In this document: positions 63,784 through 64,000 of the stretch, piece by piece
Layout: every line of letters starts with the position of its first letter
Numbering within the stretch: the stretch's first letter is position 1
From: Octopus vulgaris
Taxonomy: Eukaryota
Direction of reading: 5' to 3'
Assembly: GCA_951406725.2 (NCBI GenBank)
Contig: OX597815.1
Location: forward strand, 153,636,001-153,700,000
Length of the DNA stretch: 64,000 nucleotides
Translations under genes and position numbers: made by a program
Notes under the pieces: model-generated
Databases searched by the model: none
What the model saw: the letters and a program-made list of their open reading frames with translations, nothing else
Told to the model about the DNA's origin: nothing

Positions 63784-64000
63784 TCAAGTTTATGTATAAA
63801 TTTTCTTTTTATATGTTTGTTTCGTTTTACACAATATTAAAACAACGGCTAAACATTTTCTGAAGCAGAACCCCAACTAATTTTGTCTACGAACCGCCAC
63901 TGGTGGTGGCCCCTATTTTGTATAATGTCATCAGCATTTCTCTCTTAATGAATATGAATCTAAAGTTAGGAAACACAGCAGAGGGTCCTATTGCCCCAGA

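Overview
AT-rich, microsatellite- and repeat-dense eukaryotic genomic DNA. The SINE/LINE repertoire points to an octopus or other coleoid cephalopod (inference). The only host gene I can support is on the minus strand: a 99-bp exon (1578-1676) of cytosolic 5'-nucleotidase III (NT5C3 family). Two candidate upstream exons exist, and a CpG-depleted putative gene body extends to about 28 kb. The rest is transposon-derived: two decayed full-length mariners, a pogo/Tc-type remnant, piggyBac-, hAT- and MULE-type MITEs, Helitron pieces, RTE, CR1, HERO-like and Tx1/L1-like LINE fragments, Penelope-like RT fragments, several tRNA-derived SINE families and a tRNA-Lys-headed element. The main hidden signal is a set of hammerhead-ribozyme motifs read by eye. 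They include two identical canonical type I hammerheads 584 nt apart in a young tandem repeat (61793-62799, retrozyme-like, predicting a 584-nt circularisable RNA), a candidate non-circularly permuted hammerhead (32679-32740), a hammerhead with an inverted G3-C8 core pair in a foldback (23222-23272), and several minimal ones, many next to (TA)n. All calls come from manual reading; no search or folding program was run.
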